A stretch of 64,000 nt of DNA. Origin: Hormiphora californensis (Eukaryota > Animalia > Ctenophora). The notes under the pieces were generated by a model that saw only the letters and a program-made list of their open reading frames with translations, had not been told where the DNA came from and ran no database searches. Positions within the stretch are counted from its first letter, which is position 1; each line of letters opens with the position of its first letter. The stretch spans positions 2,170,001 through 2,234,000 of the forward strand of contig CM035356.1 in NCBI GenBank assembly GCA_020137815.1, in the 5' to 3' direction. A program made the translations under genes and the position numbers. This document shows, in pieces, positions 63,525-64,000 of this stretch.

Positions 63525-64000
63525 AAAAAAAGGGATAGAGGAGAAAAAGATAACAGAAGCTTATCGAGGTTTGACTTATCATACGAGTATCGGATTATCA
63601 AACAACAGCTGTTGTGTCCTTTTTTTACTTTCTCGTCTTTTCTTTTTCTCTCTCTCACAACTCCTACAACACAAACATGGGGGGGGGGCCCGCGTATTAA
63701 AATGTCCTTTAATGTCCCTCGATTTTTGGGACATTAAATTGTCCGTTATTATTTAGGACATTAAAAGACATTAAAGGACATTATAAGACATTAAAAGACA
63801 TTAAATTATAACTTCCAAAAACCATTCCAAAATGTGTTACCAAACATGTTTACCACCAATGTACTACTAAAGGTCCCATCTTTCGATTCCAATGAATGTC
63901 ATAAATGTTCACTGGTGATTAGGCTTGCTTTTGCATGGTGCGTGGGTGCGGTACCTTTTTTACATACATGCATATTTCTAGCCTAGACGATGTCTCAAAA

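Overview
Intron-rich animal genomic DNA. It is most likely a cydippid ctenophore such as Pleurobrachia, inferred from the repeat families and from an IPWxLESTPL-type domain. I reconstructed the spliced genes by hand. They are: a Jupiter/HN1 microtubule protein (264-4927, +) with an intronless secreted orphan nested antisense in intron 1; a CWC25 C-terminal exon (5368-6480); a receptor guanylate cyclase (18803-33371) with two paralogous terminal exons; a tight co-directional cluster of a CBM14 chitin-binding protein, a C2H2 zinc-finger protein and a sulfotransferase (39711-44472); a DEG/ENaC channel carrying a PAN/Apple domain in its extracellular Cys-rich region (45105-~53404, -), with a Sushi/C-type-lectin gene nested antisense in one intron; a PLAC8/cornifelin gene; and an orphan gene. 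Non-coding DNA is dense in microsatellites, minisatellites, MITEs and a Helitron. The most striking non-genic signal concerns an ~870-bp hAT-like MITE. All three copies have a clean left junction, while the right junction carries a hairpin-derived (P-nucleotide-like) scar, and a matching empty excision footprint lies next to one copy. No database searches were run, so family calls rest on motif recognition and exon boundaries may be off by a few bases.
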